A DNA stretch of 64,000 nucleotides from an uncultured Gemmatimonadaceae bacterium (GCA_963790305.1 CAWBOC010000005.1:1-64000); one strand, 5' to 3'; counted from the stretch's first letter, positions 46,698-56,539 are shown. The notes: generated by a model from the letters alone, not told the origin. A program made the numbers and translations.

Positions 46698-47663
46698 CTA
46701 TTGCCCGACGTAGACCACAGTCGCTTCGTCGCAGTCCGTGTACGTGATCTGAGCGAAGCCCATGCTTCCATCGTTCCGCACGGCGACGCGCACTGTACCG
46801 GCAACGAACGGGGACCACGCAAGACCCTCTGCTACTGCCGCCGCGCACTCGGCGCTGTACTCGAGCGCCTCGACGGTGGTGATGTTGAACTGCGCCGAGC
46901 GGCCGCCCTCTCGGTACTCGAGCGAGCCGTTCAGGTTGTAGATGCCATCCGGAAGCGCCTCACCGGGGGTGATCGTCGACCCCTGCGCCGCGGCGAAGGT
47001 CGCCGCCCAGTCGACGTCGACGCCGAGGCTGGGGTATCCGTTGAGCTGCGCCGACTCGAGCGCGGTTACCGCCTGTGACAGGCCGGTTTGGGACGCGCTC
47101 ACCGACGTCATACCGTCGCGTCGGACGTAGCCGCTGAACTCCGCGGTGGAGAAGGTGAAGCGCACGTTGTCGAGCGCCATGTTGAACGCCATCCCGGCCG
47201 CTCCCGGAGCGGGATCCGTGACGCGGATCAAGCCGGTGAGGTCGAACGTGCCGTTCTCCTCGATGAACCGGCATGCCGGCAGCGAGAACGTGATCGTGAG
47301 GTTGTCCGGCACCTGATCCTCATCGCTGTCGGTCGGCGGATTCTGCGACATCACGCCGCACTCGCTGCCGACGACCTGGAATGATGGAGACCGGACGCCC
47401 TGCAGATTGAGTGAGAGCCCACTAATGCCGCCCGGCGCGCGACGCTGTACCGAGAACTGCGGCAATTCCACGTCGTTCATCGCCTGCTGGGCAGTGAGCT
47501 GCGTGATACCGCTCTCGATTTCGGTCGCCATCGCCTGGCCGATCACCTCGAGCTGATCTGGCGAGATATCGAGCGGACGCGTCGTGTCGCTACAGGCGAC
47601 AAGGGACACAGCGGCAAGCGTCAGAGCGCTCGCGCGTCTGAAAGAACGTGACGAGAGAGTCAT
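46698..47663 (-). CDS. Hypothetical lipoprotein (beta-rich)
   Basis: MTLSSRSFRR..SLVAC lipobox; long ORF with typical codon usage. Confidence 0.78.
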   Translation of the reverse strand: MTLSSRSFRRASALTLAAVSLVACSDTTRPLDISPDQLEVIGQAMATEIESGITQLTAQQAMNDVELPQFSVQRRAPGGISGLSLNLQGVRSPSFQVVGSECGVMSQNPPTDSDEDQVPDNLTITFSLPACRFIEENGTFDLTGLIRVTDPAPGAAGMAFNMALDNVRFTFSTAEFSGYVRRDGMTSVSASQTGLSQAVTALESAQLNGYPSLGVDVDWAATFAAAQGSTITPGEALPDGIYNLNGSLEYREGGRSAQFNITTVEALEYSAECAAAVAEGLAWSPFVAGTVRVAVRNDGSMGFAQITYTDCDEATVVYVGQ

Positions 47664-47795
47664 CGGGGCCTTCGGATCGTTGATGGGAGAGGAAAGCTGC
47701 GAACGGCGAGCTGTGAACTGCGAGCTCGGCACTCCCTATCAACGATCGAAGGCGCGCTCGGGAAACGTGTCTGGGGTCACGCCTTCGGGGTTCGA

Positions 47796-49283
47796 CTACC
47801 GGCGCATGGCGCGGCGGCCTTCGGTCTCGATGGCCTGGGCAGGACCGGTGGCCCCGAAGATGAACTGGAAGGGCGACAGCCCTCCAAAGCTCGTCGCCAC
47901 GAAGATCTGTTTGTCGGCGTCTCGAACGTCGAGCGCGAGATCGGGAAGCACGCCCCAGCGCACACGCAGACCACTCTCGTCAGGCACGATCTCAATGCGG
48001 CCAAGAGCGGCATCTTCGTATGTGCCGACGTAATCGGAGAGCGGGCGCGGCGGGGTGTGCACGGGCGGTGAGGCGCTCGCCAGGCGCGCTCGCCGAGTCT
48101 GAAGCTGGGTGACCACCGTATCGAGCCGCGCCTGACCACGCGCGTCGGCATCCGTTCGGCCGAGGAACACGTCGTAGGCATACCCGGCGATGACATCGGT
48201 GAGCCGCCAGCCTGGCGTGCTGTTGACCTGGGCGACGACGCCGACGCGACGCGCGGGCAGCATCGAGAGGTGGGATCGAAACCCGGTGTACGATCCGAAG
48301 CGGCTCACCATCGGTTCCCCGTTGTAACTTCCAATGTCCCATCCAAATCCCCAGCCGTCGCGCTGGAAGTAGGCGAACTGCGCATTCTGGCGGCCGAGAA
48401 TCTCGTGCGAGCGCCGAATCACCTGTGCGGGAAAGATCTGCCGCCCGTCGAGGCGGCCCTCGTCCATGTGCAGAATCGCCCAGCGCGCCAGGTCGGCGAT
48501 CGAGGCCACGTGTCCGCCGGCGGAGTTCATCGTTAGGTCGCGCTTGAGGAACGGCTGCGCCTCGTAGCTCCCATCGGCACGCAGTTGATGCGCTTTCGCG
48601 ATGCGCCGCTCCGGAATGCCCGTGACACGGTGGTGAATGTCTCGCAGGCCGGCCGGGGCGAACACGTTGCGATCCAGATACGCTTTCCATCCTTCCGGGC
48701 GCTTCTCGGCGATCGCCATGCTGGCGACGTTGTAGCCGAGGTTGCTGTAGTTGAGGTCGCGCGTGGGCAGCGGATCGCTGAACGCGAGGAGCTGGTTGAA
48801 CTGCTCCTCCGGAAAGGCGCCTGTGTAAGCCGCCGATGTCGTGAGCGGACCGCTGTTGAGACCGTGCGTGTGAGAGAGGAATGACGCGAGGGTGAGCTCC
48901 CCGGGGCGCGCGTTCGCGTGCCACATCGCACGCGGGAGTACTCTCGTGATCGGCGCGTTGAGGTCGATCACGCCAGCGGCCTCGAGCAAAGCGACACCAA
49001 ATCCGGTGAACGCCTTCGACGTCGACGCCACATACCAGAGCGTCGAATCGGTGACCGGAATCCCTTCCTGCACGTTTGCGTGTCCGAGCGCGGCCGTGTA
49101 GACGATGCGACCCTCCGACACGACGGCGACGCCGAGCCCCGGGGTGACGCCCAGGGCGAAGGCACGGCGCACGAATCCATCGATGCGCTGGATTCTTGGA
49201 TCAACGGTCGCCGGCACGGGGACGGTGCGACAGGCCGTGGTCAGCACAGGCAATGCGAGAGCGACGGCGTATGCGAGCTGCAT
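47796..49283 (-). CDS. Serine hydrolase, beta-lactamase/AmpC-like family with C-terminal DUF3471-like domain
   Basis: ASTSK (SxxK), FLSHTHG, YSNLGY, SAGG..ASIADLARW, LSDYVGTY. Confidence 0.9.
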   Translation of the reverse strand: MQLAYAVALALPVLTTACRTVPVPATVDPRIQRIDGFVRRAFALGVTPGLGVAVVSEGRIVYTAALGHANVQEGIPVTDSTLWYVASTSKAFTGFGVALLEAAGVIDLNAPITRVLPRAMWHANARPGELTLASFLSHTHGLNSGPLTTSAAYTGAFPEEQFNQLLAFSDPLPTRDLNYSNLGYNVASMAIAEKRPEGWKAYLDRNVFAPAGLRDIHHRVTGIPERRIAKAHQLRADGSYEAQPFLKRDLTMNSAGGHVASIADLARWAILHMDEGRLDGRQIFPAQVIRRSHEILGRQNAQFAYFQRDGWGFGWDIGSYNGEPMVSRFGSYTGFRSHLSMLPARRVGVVAQVNSTPGWRLTDVIAGYAYDVFLGRTDADARGQARLDTVVTQLQTRRARLASASPPVHTPPRPLSDYVGTYEDAALGRIEIVPDESGLRVRWGVLPDLALDVRDADKQIFVATSFGGLSPFQFIFGATGPAQAIETEGRRAMRR

Positions 49284-49373
49284 CGTGAGGCGGTCCTGAA
49301 TCGGGTGGAGGTGCGTACGTGCCGACCAATCTGGATCCGGGACCATCTCGTGGCTTGAACGAATGAAACTTCG

Positions 49374-49610
49374 CTATGGCGCCGTGACCTCTTCCGTCTT
49401 CAGGCGGTACTTCAGGGCCCCGGACGGGCAGCGCTCAACCTGGGCGGCGACCTCCGCCGCGACGCCAAGCTCCGGCATCACCCACCGCCTGCGGCGCACG
49501 TCGAACACCGCCGGCAGCCCGCGCACGCAGACGCCCGAGTGGGTGCAGAGGTCCGGCTCGAAGGTGACGGTGATCTCGGCCGTCTCGTAGACCTGCATTC
49601 GCCTGGGCAT
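49374..49610 (-). CDS. Small (4Fe-4S)-binding protein (Fer4_19-like)
   Basis: CTHSGVCVRGLPAVFD..RRWV.P..CPSGALKY. Confidence 0.9.
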   Translation of the reverse strand: MPRRMQVYETAEITVTFEPDLCTHSGVCVRGLPAVFDVRRRRWVMPELGVAAEVAAQVERCPSGALKYRLKTEEVTAP

Positions 49611-49803
49611 AGGCGCCTCGGATTGGAGCGTGCCTAACGGTGATGATCGCGTGAGTCGGCGGCGCTGAACAAATGTGGAGCTCGTGTCTCCAGAGTCAAC
49701 TCGCGCGAGTGTTCAAGTGTTTCACCGCACGGCGACCGCCATTCGCCGGACGCCAGACGCCGCCGGCCATACGGGGTACGCATCGTGCTCGGCAATTCGC
49801 TTC

Positions 49804-50831
49804 ATGTCCCGCGATACACCCGCCAAACGACGCCGAACGATCGCGGCGATTACGACGACGCTTCTCGTCGGGCTCGTCGCCGGCCCGGCCGCGCAAACAA
49901 AGGACGGGGGCGACGACGTGCCTGAGCTGATCCCGTTGCCCGCCGCGTTCGCCGACTCGACGTGGATCGAGATGCGCAACGTCCTCCTGCACATCGACGA
50001 CCGCGGCGTCATTCGCATCGAGCGACTGCGCGGGCAGGTATTGACCGACAGCGGGACGCCCGCTGTCCTCGACGATGCGAGGTCGTTCGCCATTCGCGTG
50101 ACGCGGGGAACGACGCGGATGAACGGTGATGACCTCGCCGCGCTTCTCAACAGCGTCGTCTTCGCCTACGAGGGCGCGCCGCTCAAAAAGCTGAAAGCGC
50201 GCATGGAGGGGAACGCGGTCGTCCTGAGCGGCACGTTGCGAAAGGGGGTCAACCTCCCCTTCTCCATCACGGCTGCTCCAACGCTCGAGCCTGACGGTCG
50301 CGTCCGCATGCATCCGACGCGCACGCGTATCCTCGGGATCAACGGCGCGGCACTGATGAAGGCGCTGGGCCTCCAGCTCGACGATCTTCTCGACCTGAAG
50401 CGGTCCCGCGGCGCGACCGTCGACGGAAACGACATCCTTCTCGACCCGACGCAGATCCTCCCTCCGCCGAGGATCGAGGCGCGTCTCGAGTCCATTGGGG
50501 TCGTCGGGGACGAGCTGGTGCAGACGTTCGTGACGACCCCTCTCGACTCGATGTTCGAGCGCTACGTTCGCCCCGACTCGGCGCAGCCGAACTTCGTGTA
50601 CTTCCGGGGCGGCCGCCTTCGTTTCGGCAAGCTGGAGATGATCGATACCGACCTTCACATCGTCGACGGCGACCAGAGCGACCCCTTCGATCTCTACCTG
50701 GCCAAGTACAACCAGCAGCTGGTGGCGGGGACCTCACGCAACCTGGAGACGTATGGGTTGCAGGTGACGATGCCGGACTTTGCAGACCTGGGGGCCCCGC
50801 GCGCGAGGTGCCGGTGGCGTCCAGGAGGTAG
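49804..50831 (+). CDS. Hypothetical secreted protein (beta-rich); 3' end probably frameshifted so that it reads through into the NmrA gene
   Basis: Signal-like N-terminus; IEMRNV.L, LLNSVVFAYEGAPLKKL, LRFGKL.M.DTDL, Y.QQLVAG; an alternative frame ends EVPVASRR-TAG at 50829-50831. Confidence 0.65.
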
Positions 50832-50935
50832 TCGAGGTAGTCGAGGTCGTCCAGGTGCTCGAGGTGATCGAGGCGAGGCAAGACGTTCCCTCGATCACCT
50901 CGAGCAACGTCGCCACCCTCGACCACCTTCTCCAC
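50826..50935. repeat. Palindromic element of TCGAGGTNG 9-nt units
   Basis: gaggtagtcgaggtagtcgaggtcgtccaggTGCTCGAGGTGATCGAGG / CCTCGATCACCTCGAGCA (perfect 18-bp stem 50856-50873 / 50889-50906). Confidence 0.75.
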
Positions 50936-50961
50936 CGTGGCATCTCCAGGAGAACCCACCC

Positions 50962-51912
50962 ATGCCAGACAAGAAAATCATCGCCGTCGTGGGCGCGACC
51001 GGCGCCCAGGGAGGCGGGCTCGTGCGCGCGATCCTCGGCGATAAGGAAGGCCAGTTCGCGGCGCGCGCGCTGACGCGCAACGTCGATGCGGACAAGGCGA
51101 AGGCGCTCGCGAAGGCGGGCGCGGAAGTCGTGCGGGCGGACCTCGATGACGAGGAGAGTCTGAAGAAGGCATTCGCGGGCGCGTATGGCGCGTTCTGCGT
51201 CACCAATTTCTGGGAGCACTTCTCGCCGGAGAAGGAGTACGCGCAAGCAGGGAATATGGCGCGCGCGGCCAAGGCTGCCGGTCTCGAGCATGTGATCTGG
51301 TCGACGCTCGAGGACACGCGGAAGAAGGTGCCGCTGAGCGACGACCGCATGCCGACGCTGCAGGGGAAGTACAAGGTTCCGCATTTCGATGCGAAGGGCG
51401 AGGCCGATCAGATCTTCCGCGATGTCGGCGTCCCCACGACGTTCCTGCTGACGTCGTTCTACTGGGAGAACCTGATCCATTTCGGAGCGGGGCCCAAGCC
51501 CGGACCCGACGGAAAGCTGGCGCTCACCTATCCCATGGGCGACAAGAAGCTTCCGGGCATCGCCGCCGAGGATATCGGAAAGACGGCGTTGGCGATCCTC
51601 AAGCGTGGGCGCGAGTACATCGGCAAGACCGTGGCGATCGCGGGCGAGCATCTCTCGGGGAAGGAGATGGCCGACAAGCTGAGCCGCGCGCTCGACAAGG
51701 AGGTCAAGTACAACGCGGTGCCCGCGGAGGTGTATCGTGGCTTTGGCTTTCCTGGCGCCGACGACATGGGCAACATGTTCCAGTTCAAGGCGGACTTCAA
51801 CGACTACTTCGTTGGAGTGCGTGACATCGAGTCGGCGCGGAAGCTGAATCCGGAGCTGCAGACCTTCGACAAGTGGCTGGAACGGCACAAGGAAGAGATT
51901 CCGGTAGAGTAG
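50962..51912 (+). CDS. NmrA/HSCARG-family NAD(P)-binding protein
   Basis: AGGAG RBS; IAVVGATGAQGG, RALTR, GAYGAFCVTNFW, VPHFDAK. Confidence 0.92.
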   Translation: MPDKKIIAVVGATGAQGGGLVRAILGDKEGQFAARALTRNVDADKAKALAKAGAEVVRADLDDEESLKKAFAGAYGAFCVTNFWEHFSPEKEYAQAGNMARAAKAAGLEHVIWSTLEDTRKKVPLSDDRMPTLQGKYKVPHFDAKGEADQIFRDVGVPTTFLLTSFYWENLIHFGAGPKPGPDGKLALTYPMGDKKLPGIAAEDIGKTALAILKRGREYIGKTVAIAGEHLSGKEMADKLSRALDKEVKYNAVPAEVYRGFGFPGADDMGNMFQFKADFNDYFVGVRDIESARKLNPELQTFDKWLERHKEEIPVE

Positions 51913-51934
51913 GAGACCGCCGCGTCTGGTCGGC

Positions 51935-52078
51935 TGCGCCACGAGCCCGAACTGCATCACCACAGAGGCACAGAGGACACAGAGAGCACCAACAACGAAG
52001 CCTTTTCAAAAGCTCGTGCAATTGGGGTTCTCGGTGCCCTCTGTGCCTCTGTGGTGATGCAGTCCGGCTCGTTGCGCA
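51935..52078. repeat. Long palindromic element of the ACCACAGAGG family with terminal TGCGCMACGAGCC inverted repeats
   Basis: TGCGCCACGAGCC..ACTGCATCACCACAGAGGCACAGAGG..CTTTTCAAAAGC..CCTCTGTGCCTCTGTGGTGATGCAGT..GGCTCGTTGCGCA. Confidence 0.9.
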
Positions 52079-52095
52079 AGGATAAGAGGACTCGA

Positions 52096-52989
52096 ATGAA
52101 AGCTTCCTGGCGCATCGCATTGAGCCTCCCGCTCCTCGCCTGCGGGGACGACGGAGTCGCGCCGGTGCTCGAAGGGCCACCCCTCGTGACGTCGGAGCGG
52201 CGCATCACGTTCTCCTCCACGCGAGACGGGAACCTCGAGATCTACTCGATGAACGTGGACGGGACCGACCAGCGGCGCCTAACGAACCACACCGGCGCCG
52301 ACCACAACGCCGATTGGTCCCCCGACGGAAGCCGGATCGCCTTCATGGGATACCGCGACGGGGATTACGAGCTGTACGTCATGAACGCCGATGGGATCGG
52401 GCTTCGTCAGCTCACTTTCAATTCCGCGCATGACGGGTTTCCACGCTGGTCGCCGAGTGGGCTGGAGATCATGTTCACCTCGCTGCGCGACGGAAACTTC
52501 GAGGTGTACGTGATGAGCGCGTTCGGCGGGAACGAGCGCCGGCTGACGGTGAATCCCACCGACGACGTCGGCGGCGCGTGGTCGCCCGACGGGTCGAAGA
52601 TCGCCTTCTCGTCCGGCCGCGACGGGAATCTCGACGTCTACGTGATGAACGCCGACGGGTCGAACCCCGTGCGCCTCACGGACCACGAGGCGGCCGACGG
52701 CGGCCGCATCGCCTGGTCTCCTGACGGGACGCGGATCGCCTTCTCATCTTTCCGCGACAGCAACGACGAAATTTACGTCATGAACGTCGATGGCACGAAC
52801 GTCACGCGCCTGACGAACAACCCGGCGAAGGACAAGTATCCAGCCTGGTCGCCTGACGGTCTCCGCCTCGCCTTCAGCACCAACCGTGATGGGAACGACG
52901 AGATCTACGTCATGAATGCGGACGGCACCGGGCTCGCCCGCCTGACGAACAATTCGGGTATCGATTTCCTGGATGGGTGGAGGAGGTAA
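52096..52989 (+). CDS. TolB-like PD40-repeat beta-propeller lipoprotein
   Basis: LLAC lipobox; repeated WSPDG..IAF.S.RDGN.EIYVMNADG...RLT. Confidence 0.92.
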   Translation: MKASWRIALSLPLLACGDDGVAPVLEGPPLVTSERRITFSSTRDGNLEIYSMNVDGTDQRRLTNHTGADHNADWSPDGSRIAFMGYRDGDYELYVMNADGIGLRQLTFNSAHDGFPRWSPSGLEIMFTSLRDGNFEVYVMSAFGGNERRLTVNPTDDVGGAWSPDGSKIAFSSGRDGNLDVYVMNADGSNPVRLTDHEAADGGRIAWSPDGTRIAFSSFRDSNDEIYVMNVDGTNVTRLTNNPAKDKYPAWSPDGLRLAFSTNRDGNDEIYVMNADGTGLARLTNNSGIDFLDGWRR

Positions 52990-53035
52990 GGCAAGCTCGA
53001 CCACCCTTTTTCACCACCCTTCACGCCCACGTCCC

Positions 53036-53869
53036 ATGCACCGTCGCACCTTCCTCACCGCGCTCGGCGTTGCCGCTTGCGCCCCCCGCGCGACCTTCGG
53101 CACGAACCGGCGACTCAAGCGCGTGGGGATTCAGCTCTACTCGCTCCGCGACGACGCCAGGCGCGACCTCGAGCGCACCATCGCCGACATCGCCGCCATG
53201 GGCTACAAGGATGTCGAGCTCCTCGGCTCGATGAAGAACTTCGAAATGCCCCCCGCGCAGCTGCGCGCGGTGCTGGATCGCAATGGGTTGCGTGCTCCAT
53301 CGACCCACGTGAGCGGCAATGCCCTCGACGATCTCGACCGGCAGCTCGACGAGGCACGCATCCTCGGGCACGACTACCTCATCGTCGCGAGCTTGCCGAT
53401 CAGCGGCCCTCGGACCGTCGACGATTACCGTCGCTGGGCCGATCGCCTGAACGAATCAGGAAGGCGCGCGCGAGAACGCGGCGTATGGGTCGGCTTCCAT
53501 AACCACGCCAACGACTTCACGCCGGTCGGCGGGGTCGTGCCGTACGACGTCCTGATGGATCGCACCGATGCGGCGATCGTCCGCATGCAGCTCGACACGG
53601 GGAACATCGCCATGGCGGGCCTCGACCCTCACGAGTACATGCGGCGCTTCGGCCCCCGATACTGGTCGTTCCACATCAAGGACGTCCCGAGCCTCGGCGC
53701 GACGCAGGACACCGAGCTGGGCAAGGGCGCCATCGACTTCCCGCGGCTGCTCGCGAGCATCGACCGGATCGACGAAAAGCATCTCTTCGTCGAGCAGGAG
53801 ACGTATCCGGGGACGCCGCTGGAAAGCATGAAGCGGGATTTCGAGTTCATCTCGCGTTTGGAGTTTTGA
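53036..53869 (+). CDS. Sugar phosphate isomerase/epimerase (xylose-isomerase-like TIM barrel), Tat-exported
   Basis: MHRRTFL Tat motif; GIQLYSLR, FHNH, QLDTG, HIKD, ELGKGAIDF, FVEQE. Confidence 0.9.
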   Translation: MHRRTFLTALGVAACAPRATFGTNRRLKRVGIQLYSLRDDARRDLERTIADIAAMGYKDVELLGSMKNFEMPPAQLRAVLDRNGLRAPSTHVSGNALDDLDRQLDEARILGHDYLIVASLPISGPRTVDDYRRWADRLNESGRRARERGVWVGFHNHANDFTPVGGVVPYDVLMDRTDAAIVRMQLDTGNIAMAGLDPHEYMRRFGPRYWSFHIKDVPSLGATQDTELGKGAIDFPRLLASIDRIDEKHLFVEQETYPGTPLESMKRDFEFISRLEF

Positions 53870-53887
53870 TCCGCGGTCGGGGCCCTC

Positions 53888-53998
53888 TGCGCAACGAGCC
53901 GTTCCAAAAAGCAGTAGCACAGAGACACACAGAGACAGAAACTTTCTCTGTGTGTCTCTGTGCTACCGCTCTTTTCAGCGGGGGCTCCGCTATTGCGC
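53888..53998. repeat. Palindromic element (CACAGAGA units) with TGCGCAACGAGCC end
   Basis: GTAGCACAGAGACACACAGAGA / TCTCTGTGTGTCTCTGTGCTAC stem (53914-53966) inside looser outer arms. Confidence 0.8.
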
Positions 53999-54053
53999 CA
54001 TCGGAGACATTTCTCCCTATTAGCCGGGACGACTCCGAGGAAAGGCGACGCCA

Positions 54054-55733
54054 ATGCAAGCACAGAGCTACGACGCGATCGTGGTGGGGTCGGGGATATC
54101 CGGCGGCTGGGCGGCCAAGGAGCTCACCGAGAAAGGGCTCCGCGTCCTTCTGCTCGAGCGGGGGCGCAACGTCGAGCACATCAAGGACTACGTCAACGCA
54201 ACCAAAGGGCCCTGGGAATACCCGCATCGCGGCGGGCGCACGCAGGACATGATCCGCCGCTACCCGGTGCTCAAGCGCGACTTTCCGCTCAACGAGAAGA
54301 ATCTCGACTTCTGGGCATCCGACCAGGACTCTCCGTACACCGAGGTCAAGCGCTTCGACTGGTATCGCGGCTATCAGGTCGGCGGCCGGTCGCTCATGTG
54401 GGGCCGGTGCAGCTTTCGGCTCAGCGACATCGACTTCGAAGCCAACCTCAAGGATGGCATCGCCAGCGACTGGCCGATTCGCTACGCCGAGATCGCGCCC
54501 TGGTACAGCCACGCGGAGCGGTTCGCCGGGATCGCGGGATCCAAGGAAGGCCTCGAGCAATTGCCGGATGGTGAATTTCAGCCGCCGATGGCGCTCAACT
54601 GCGCCGAGGAGCTGATCGCGTCACGCCTGACGAGTCGCTTCGGCGGAAAGCGCCGGCTGATCTCGAGTCGCACCGCGAATCTGACCCAGCCCCTCCCCGG
54701 GCGAGGGGCGTGTCAATACCGCGATGCCTGCTGGCTCGGCTGCTCGTACGGCGCCTATTTCAGCACGCAGTCGGCGACGCTGCCGGCCGCCATGCGCACC
54801 GGGCGCCTAACGCTTCGTCCCTTCGCGATCGCCAGCGAGGTGCTGTACGACCGCGACCGCAAGCGCGCGACGGGAGTTCGCGTGCTCGACGCCATCACCA
54901 ATGAGACGACGGACTACACGGCGAAGGTCGTCTTCCTGTGCGCATCGACGCTCAATTCCACCTGGCTGCTCATGCGCTCGGCGACCAATGTCTGGCCGGG
55001 TGGACTCGGCAGCAGCTCGGGCGAGCTCGGGCACAACCTGATGGACCACCACTTTCGCGTCGGGGCAGCCGGCCAGGTCGATGGATTGGACGACAAGTAC
55101 CTCTACGGTCGTCGTCCGAATCCGTCCTACGTCCCGCGCTATCGCAACCTCGGTGACGACAAGCGACCCTATCTGCGCGGATTCGGGTACGAGGGCGGCG
55201 CCGGCCGCGAAGGGTGGTGGCGCGCCGTAGCCGAGCTCGGTGTCGGCGGAGCGTTCAAGGATGCGATGACCGAGCCCGGGCGATGGTCGTTCGGCGCCAC
55301 CGCCTTCGGGGAGATGCTCCCGAATCACGCCAACACGGTGACGCTCGACGAGACGAAGAAGGACAAATGGGGACTGCCCGTCCTCAAGATCGACTGCGCG
55401 ATCGGCGAGAACGAGCGGCTCATGCGGAAGGACATGGCGGCAGACATGGCCGAGATGCTCACCGCGGTCGGCCTCAAGGACGTGCACACGTTCGACGACG
55501 AATACTATCCGGGCATGGGCATCCACGAGATGGGCACGGCGCGCATGGGGCGCGATCCGAAGACGTCGGTGCTCAACAAGTGGAATCAGGTGTGGGATGC
55601 ACCTAACGTCTTCGTCACCGACGGCTCCTGCATGGCGTCGACGGCGTGTCAGAATCCCTCGCTGACGTACATGGCGTTGACGGCCCGCGCGGCAGACCAC
55701 GCGGTGAATGAGCTGAATCGGCGGAGCCTTTGA
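54054..55733 (+). CDS. GMC family oxidoreductase
   Basis: DAIVVGSGISGGWAAKEL, GGRSLMWG, GELGHNLMDH, IHEMGTARMG, CQNPSLTYMALTAR. Confidence 0.95.
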   Translation: MQAQSYDAIVVGSGISGGWAAKELTEKGLRVLLLERGRNVEHIKDYVNATKGPWEYPHRGGRTQDMIRRYPVLKRDFPLNEKNLDFWASDQDSPYTEVKRFDWYRGYQVGGRSLMWGRCSFRLSDIDFEANLKDGIASDWPIRYAEIAPWYSHAERFAGIAGSKEGLEQLPDGEFQPPMALNCAEELIASRLTSRFGGKRRLISSRTANLTQPLPGRGACQYRDACWLGCSYGAYFSTQSATLPAAMRTGRLTLRPFAIASEVLYDRDRKRATGVRVLDAITNETTDYTAKVVFLCASTLNSTWLLMRSATNVWPGGLGSSSGELGHNLMDHHFRVGAAGQVDGLDDKYLYGRRPNPSYVPRYRNLGDDKRPYLRGFGYEGGAGREGWWRAVAELGVGGAFKDAMTEPGRWSFGATAFGEMLPNHANTVTLDETKKDKWGLPVLKIDCAIGENERLMRKDMAADMAEMLTAVGLKDVHTFDDEYYPGMGIHEMGTARMGRDPKTSVLNKWNQVWDAPNVFVTDGSCMASTACQNPSLTYMALTARAADHAVNELNRRSL

Positions 55734-55754
55734 GGAGCTAAGGGTTCCGACGAG

Positions 55755-56468
55755 CTACCGTTTGGCCGTCGTTCGCCCTTTCGGTGGTTTTGCTCGACGC
55801 CTCGCGATGGGCATCACCGGCCAATGCGCGAGCAGATCTCCCGGATCCTCGTACACCGCGATCGCGTCGTCGAGCGCATCATCGTCCCACCATCCGCCGC
55901 AGCGTAACGCGATCGTGCGAACGCCGGCTTTTGTGGCCGCCTCAATGTCGTAGGGCGTGTCGCCGAGCATGACGAGCTCGCCCGGTTTCAGCTTGCTCTT
56001 CTTCGTGGCGGCGCCAATGACATCCGGATCGGGCTTGGAATTGTCGACGTCGCCTGACGAGGTCGCCGCATGGATCAGATCCTCGATCCCCGCCTGCTCG
56101 AGTAAACCCTTCATCTCGTCGCCACCGGCCGATGTGGCCACGACCAGTGCCAGGCCGTCGGCGAGCAACCGCTCGAGCAGGGCGCGAGCGCCCGGCGTCG
56201 GTTTGAGATCCGGCAGGTAGCGCTGCTCGAAGATCCCTTTCTTCCGCTCGACGATCGCCTTGCCTTCGCGGGTGTCGTGCTCGAAGCCCGTGAGCGAGGG
56301 AATGAGCTTGTCGCTTCCCATGCCGACGAGTGGCCGCACGTGGTCGAAGGGGATGTCGAGCCCGTGCTCGGCGAACGCGCGCGTGAACGCCGCCGCGTGG
56401 GCGTCGTTGCTATCGAGGAGCGTGCCGTCAATGTCCAGGAGGACACCCTTGAGAGGAGCCGTCGCCAT
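55755..56468 (-). CDS. HAD-family hydrolase
   Basis: LLDIDGTLLDSN, VATS, KPDPD, MLGDTPYD. Confidence 0.92.
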   Translation of the reverse strand: MATAPLKGVLLDIDGTLLDSNDAHAAAFTRAFAEHGLDIPFDHVRPLVGMGSDKLIPSLTGFEHDTREGKAIVERKKGIFEQRYLPDLKPTPGARALLERLLADGLALVVATSAGGDEMKGLLEQAGIEDLIHAATSSGDVDNSKPDPDVIGAATKKSKLKPGELVMLGDTPYDIEAATKAGVRTIALRCGGWWDDDALDDAIAVYEDPGDLLAHWPVMPIARRRAKPPKGRTTAKR

Positions 56469-56539
56469 GGCCGTACGGAGAGCAAGAACGTAGCCGACCC
56501 GCGTTAAAGGGCTGTTGGTTTTGTTGTGCGTACGGCGAG

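Noticed and set aside
47696..47727. 7-nt degenerate repeat (GCGAACT/GCGAGCT) as a distinct element
   Set aside because: Only about four degenerate units with no partner arm; too weak to interpret.
49675..51912. 745-aa fusion of a secreted protein with NmrA
   Set aside because: The linker is a translated hairpin repeat, NmrA has its own AGGAG RBS and ATG at 50962, and a one-base shift ends the upstream gene at TAG 50829-50831. Probably an artefact.
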